DNA of 64,000 nucleotides, taken from positions 8,330-72,329 of the forward strand of contig CAYSKO010000009.1 of assembly GCA_964431835.1 (NCBI GenBank), in the 5' to 3' direction. Under the pieces are notes generated by a model that made no database searches, was not told the origin of the DNA, and saw only the letters and a program-made list of their open reading frames with translations. The position numbers were made by a program, and so were the translations under genes. This stretch comes from an uncultured Planctomycetia bacterium. Its GTDB lineage: Bacteria > Omnitrophota > Gorgyraeia > 2-02-FULL-51-18. Of this stretch, positions 55,701-61,700 are shown piece after piece; positions within the stretch are counted from its first letter, which is position 1; every line of letters begins with the position of its first letter.

Positions 55701-58700
55701 GCATCCTCAACGCCGACATGGACGGGGCCCGAACGAAGGTGGAAGCCGAGAAGTCCGAGCTCGCCCGAGCCGAAGGGGAAGAGGCGAAGGCCAAGGCGGA
55801 AGCGGATCGCGCGGGCCAGGACGCCGCCACTGCGGAGGCCGAGTATATCAGCGCGTCCTCCGAAGCGTCCCGCGCCGAAGCGATCCGTACGGGTCTTGAG
55901 GAAAACACCAGCCGCACCCAAACCCGCGTCGAAGAGACGACCGCCGCCGTCGAAGAAGCCCGCACGCGCGTGGCCGAAGCCGACGCCCGTCTGGGCGAAG
56001 TCGAATCCAAGGGCACCGCCGCTCCCGAAGCGTCCGCAAAGCCCACCGCAGAGGCCGCGCAAGATGCCGCCCGCGCGTACGAAAGCGCCCGAGCGGAAGT
56101 CGAGCGCGTCTTTAAGATCGTGGAACGCGCCCAAGGCGAACACGCCGCCCTTCTGGGATCCAAGAGCCTGGTCAAGGGCATGCTCGAGAAGCTGAACGCC
56201 GAGGTCGAAACCCTCGAGACGAAGAAACAGCAGCTCGAGACGATTCTCGAAGCCTTGAACGTCAAACTCCAGAGTGCCGAAACCCGCGCCGCCGACGGCC
56301 AGCGCCGCGTGGCGGAAGCGGAAGGACGTCTCGAGCAGGCCCGCACGAACCGCGACGCCCAGGCGCCGCGCCTTGAGGCGACCCGCCGCGAAGCGCGTCA
56401 GGAACGCCAGCGTGCGACGGTCGAGCGCGAAGCTGCCGAAACGACGGCGGGCGAAGCGCGCTCCACGGCCGAAACGGCCCGCGCCACCGCCGCCGAATCG
56501 CGCCGCGCGGAAGAGCCTCTCCGCCAGAAAGCCGCCGAAACCCAGGCCAAGCTCGCCGAAAAACGCGCCGAGCGCGACCGGGCCGCCGAGGCCACGAAGC
56601 CCGAAGATGTCACTCGCCTCGAGTCCGAGATCCGCGAAGCGGAAGCCCAGGCCGAAACCGCCGCCCGCGAGCTGGCCGAGGCCGAAGGCAAAACCGGCGA
56701 AGCCGAAGCCGCCGCTCGCTCCGCGGCCGCCGCCGAAACCGCCGCCGAAACCGAAGTTTCGCGGACGCGCGTCGAAGAAAAACGCCTCGGCGAAGAAGCC
56801 GAAACGCAGGAACGCGTCGCCGCCGAAGCGGAATCCCAGAGCCGCGACCTTGACCGCCACGTCGCGGAGGCCGAGCGCCAGGTTTCGGAGGCCCGCGCCG
56901 ACGTGAGCCAGACCCGCGCCGAAGCCGCCGACACCGGCCGTGAGATGAACGAGACGCGTCGCGAGATCGAGGAGATCGAAGACCGCATCAACGTCCTCAA
57001 ACTCCAGATCGTGGGCCTCCTCACCCAGCTTTCCCAGCTCGACGACGACATCGAGAAGGCCGCGCAGCGCGTCGCCGAAGCCAAGCTCGATCTCTCCAAG
57101 GCCCGTGCCGCGGAAGAGAAGGCCCAGGATGCCGTCGCTGAGACCCTGCCCCAGCCGACCATTCACGACGCCGTCAGCTTCGCCGAAGCGCTCCCGTCGA
57201 TGGAAGCGCGCCTCGTCGGCCAAAAGATGCCGCCGTCCGAACGCCGCGCCCGCATGGCGGATCTCGCCGGGAAAGCTCTCGAGCTTGCGCGCGTCGAATA
57301 CGAACGTCGGACCATCGAAAAGAAACTCGGCGTGGGAGAAGGCAGCACGATGACCGTGGGCGAGATCGCGGCGCGGTACCACCAGGCGCTCGAAGGCGTG
57401 AAGAAATTCCTCGAAGCCTCACCGAAGCCCGCGAACGCGGCCTCCGCCGCCGCCCGTGCGCGACTGGTCGAACGTCTGGCCAAGACGCTCGCCGCCCAAG
57501 AAACGCCGGTCGTGAAGGGCCTCGAAGTGAAAGGGGAGAGCGTCGTCGAGATCGTGGGCGCGGGCAAGAAGGTCGGCTTCGATTCGCCCGACGTCATGAG
57601 CCTCGCGGATCTTTCGAAAGCGCACGCCGACTCCTTCCGTACGCGCACTGTCGCCGAGCTCGCCGATCATCTTTCGAACAACGCCGCCGAGCTCCGGCGC
57701 GTGGAAGCGCACCTCGAGAACCCGACGCGCCCGACGCTTCAGTTCGAGCCATTCGGCGAAGCGAAGGTCGAAATCGACGGCCGCAAAACCGCCGCGCGCA
57801 TGGAAATCACGAACGAAACGCTCAAGAAGGCCGTCGCGGAAGTCGAGAAACGCCAGGTGAAGGCGCTGGCGGAATTCTTCGAGAAGAACCCGGAGAAGGC
57901 CGCCGCCTACCGCGAGGCGCTCGAGGCCCAGGCGAAGAAACAGTCCGAGAACGCGCAGGACGTCTCGCAAGCCAAAGACACGATCGACGGCTTGGCTCGC
58001 ACGGCGCTCGTCGAAGCGCTCGAAGCTCTGCCTCCGGCCGCCCACGGCGTCCGCGTCGAAATGCTCCGCCTCGCGCTCGGCCTCAACGGCAACGTTCCGG
58101 CCGCGATCCTGGCTCTCCAAAACGCCGGTCTCGCTCCAAAGACCGGCGAAACCGCCGCGGCGAAGCCTGCCGAGCGCGACACGCTGATCCGCCTCCTTCT
58201 CGACCTGCCGCCCGCCGCGCGGAACGCGGCGCTCTCATCTCTCCGCGCCGCCGAGCGCACGCACCGCGCCGGGGAAGCGCGCCAGACGATCGAACGCATG
58301 GAGAAGCTCACCCTCGAAGAGCGCGAGACGCTGAACCGCGCCGCCGAGACGGGCGACCTGGACACGCTGACGGGCAAGCTCGAGCCGCTCAAGGCGTTCG
58401 GCCGCGACGCCCTCTACGAAGCCACCGAGCTCCGCGGCCAGCGCGTGGCGGAGGCGTCCTCCGCCGCCCGCGTCGGCACCGCGATCGACGCGCTCATGCG
58501 CCTCAACGTGGACGCCGCCGGCGCCGCGAAAATACGCACCCAGCTTGAGTCCGACATCGCCAACCGCGGCAAGGAAGGCTACGTCGACAACCGCACTCTC
58601 TTCGATTCGAAGCTCGCGGAGCCGATCAAGTCGTTCGCGAGCGAAACGCTCGTCGAGGCCGCTCGCCGCATCGAAGCGGGCGAGGGCGCGAAGGGCCGCG

Positions 58701-61700
58701 TGACCGCCGCCCAGCTCGAGACGCTCCGCACGAACCTCGCCGAAGGCGCCGCTCCGAAGGCCCCCGAGGCGCTTCGCCGCTTCGACGCGGAAATCCTCGC
58801 CGAAGCGCTCGAAGTCGGCAAACTGGAAACTCTGAAGGCGGCCGAGATCGTCCGCACGCTGACTCTGGCCGAGCGGAACGCGATCCGCGAGCTCGGCGCC
58901 GTCGACGGAACGCTCGCCCGCTTCGACGCCGAAACACTCGCGACCGCGCTCGGCATGAACAAAGCCGAGCTCGCCGCGGCCCGCAAGCTTCTGGACGGCG
59001 TGCAGGAGACGGTGCTTCGCGGAATCCTTTCCGCGCTGCCCGACGGCGCGCGTTCCCTGACTGTTCGCGACATCCTCGACGCCGCCCGTCCCGCCGACGG
59101 CATCCTGAGGGACAAAGTGGAACTCGCCAAGGCGGAGTTCGACGCCTTGAAGCTCCACGCCGAGGAGCGCGAGGCGATCGCGGCCGACGCGGCCGCCGGC
59201 CGTATCGACGCGGCGCGCGAGAAACTCACCCGCGCCGCCGAACGCGCGGCCGTGGCGCTCGAAACCGAGCTCACCGAATCGGTCACCGCCAAGCGGATCA
59301 CGCCCGAAGTGAAGGCCGAACGCCTCGAGGCCTTCCGTAAAGGTCTCGCCGAGACGATCGCGGCCGTGGAAGCTCCCGCCCTCGGCGAAGCGATGCACCG
59401 CCTCACCAACTCGGCGGAGGTCCTGAAGGCGCGCAGAGCCTTCAAGGCGTTCGAACAATTCCTCGTGTTCCAGGTCAAGGCGGGCCGTATGACCGAGGGC
59501 CAGCGCCGTACCGCGCTCCTCGAGATGCGGAACGAGCTCCTGCACGGCCGGTCGGACGCGGTCAAGGAAAATGCGGTCAAGGCGCGCTTCGACGGCTTCA
59601 AGGCGTTCTCCCTCGAAGTGCTTCGCGAGGCGGCCGGCGTGAGCGCTGACGTCGCCTCCCGCGCGCACCAGGCGGCCCAGCAGACGATCTTCGAATTCTC
59701 TCGCTCTATCCAGCGTGATCTTCTGGCCAAGGTCGAAAAGCTCACTCTTCTGGCCAAGGTCGAAGCCGGGGATCTCGCGGTTCTTCCGGAAGGCCTCCGC
59801 GGAAAATCGCTCGAGGTGCTGCGTCAGGCCCTCGGGGCGACCTCCGAGCAAGTGGTTTTCGCCCGCGAAGCGGTCGGCGCCCTTGCGATTCCGGAGCTCC
59901 GCCGCCTGGGCGTCGAAGTGGCCCGCGATCTTCTGCGCCGCGCCGAAGCCGCCGAGCGCGACGGCCGCGCCGCCGAAGCCGCCGAGCTGCGCGACGCCTT
60001 CGCGATGGTCGGCGCCCGCGTCGCCGTGGAGCTCGAAGCCCACGCCGAACGGGCCGAAAAGAACGGCAACAAGGCCAAAGCCGCGGAGTTCCGCGACGCC
60101 GCCCGGTCGCTCGTCGAGGAAATCCGGAGCGAAGCGCTGGCCGCGGAAGAGGTCGCCCGCCTCTCGTCCGCCGAACTCGCGAGCGTGAAAGAAGCCCTCG
60201 TCCGCGGCGAAGTGAAGGGAGAGCTGGCCCTCTTCGGCGAACGGGCCGTCCGCAAGGCCGTCCTCGCCCGCGAAGCCGCGGAAGGCAAGTTCCGCGGTGA
60301 CGGCACGACGCGCGGCGAGCTTCCCGAGAAGGTCCGCGCGTTCTCGATCGAAACCCTCAAAGCGGCGCTCGGCGTCCGCGCCGAGCTCGTGCGTCCCGTG
60401 ACGAAGGTCACGGTCGAAGGACGCGAGCTCTCGAGCGCGGTGGTCCGCGACGCGCTCGCCCGCAACGTGGACGCGCAAGCCGACGCGCTCCTGGCCCGCT
60501 TCAAGGTCGCGCCCGCTCCGCGTTTCTCCGCCGCCGACTGGGTCTCTTCAAAAGTCGGCCGCGAGACGCGTGACGCGCGGGCGCAGCGCAAGCTCACCGA
60601 GACCCTTCTGGGCATGGGCGAAGCGAAGACGCACAAATTCGGCTACGAAGCGCCTCCCGCGCCGGCTCCTCGCCGGACCCGCAGCGGCGCGCCCGCGCGT
60701 GAAGGCAAGCTGGATTTGGGAGTGTTCTTCGACGCCTACCAAGTCCTTACCCAGGGCCGCGCCCAGGTCTTCAGCCGTGAAGCGATCAACCGCGCGCTCC
60801 AGAAACTCGAACAGAAGACGATGGGCGTCGACGCCGCCGCGAAATTCGTGCTCGAATGCCTCACCGTGGGCAACACGATGGAGCAGTACAACAAGCTGAA
60901 GACGCAGAAGCTCGACAAAGAAAGCGAAAGGGAGAACCTGGCCGCGCTGGAGGTCATTGCCAATCCGATGGAAGTTGCACGCCGCCTCGGCGAGTCCGTC
61001 GTCGAGAAGATCCAGGCGAAGGGCGAGGCGTACCTCCTTGCCAAAGAAGCGGTCGCCCAGCTGGAAAACGCGACTACCCGCAGAGCGCTCGAAGTCGCTC
61101 AGAGCGAACTCATGACGGCCTTCCGCGAAGCGCGCGGCGGCGCGAAGAACCAGTCGTTCCTCGATCTGGCCGTCAAGACGGGCATGGTCGAGAAGGCCGA
61201 ATTCGGGGACGTGTTCAACGCCTACAAGGCGCTCCGCGTCGGGGAAACCTCCGGTGGCTACGCCGAGTTCAACACGAAGAACCGTGCGTCGATCGAGCGC
61301 GTGATGTCCGAGTACAAGCTCGAGTTCGACGCGTACGAGAAGAGGCTTTCCGGCGACCCGATGACCCGGATCAAGCAGCTCAACGAGATCATGCGCCAGG
61401 AACAGGCGGCCGCGCCGGGCGAACGCGTCGGCGTGATCAAGGCGACGGCGATCACGGATCTCATCTTCCGCAATTCGTACGTGTCGGAAGGCACGAAGAT
61501 GCACCTGAAGGACGCCGGCTGGCGCCCGGGACAGCGCCTCATGATCATGCATCTCATGGGGAACAACAGCGTCTCGCTCGGAACCGCCGGCGGCAAAACG
61601 TACACCCTCATGGGCTACCACATCATGCGGCGCCTCACCGACGGCGAGACCTACCGCGGCAAGCAGGTCGTGGAAAGCCCCGACGCCGTGAACCAGATCA

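Larger units (their letters stand above)
49700..57400 (+). other. Highly charged Glu/Ala/Lys/Arg-rich predicted coiled-coil region (about 2,500 aa), interrupted by a transglutaminase-like domain
   Basis: Long runs of AEAxxAExxRA-type heptad-compatible sequence, e.g. KAEGLRAEARAAHNKAETLEKKAANLTAESINLRAKAAEKRREAQ (51360..51500) and RLEATRREARQERQRATVEREAAETTAGEARSTAETARATAAESRRAEE (56370..56520). Essentially Pro/Gly-free over hundreds of residues between 52100 and 57400. Confidence 0.65.
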
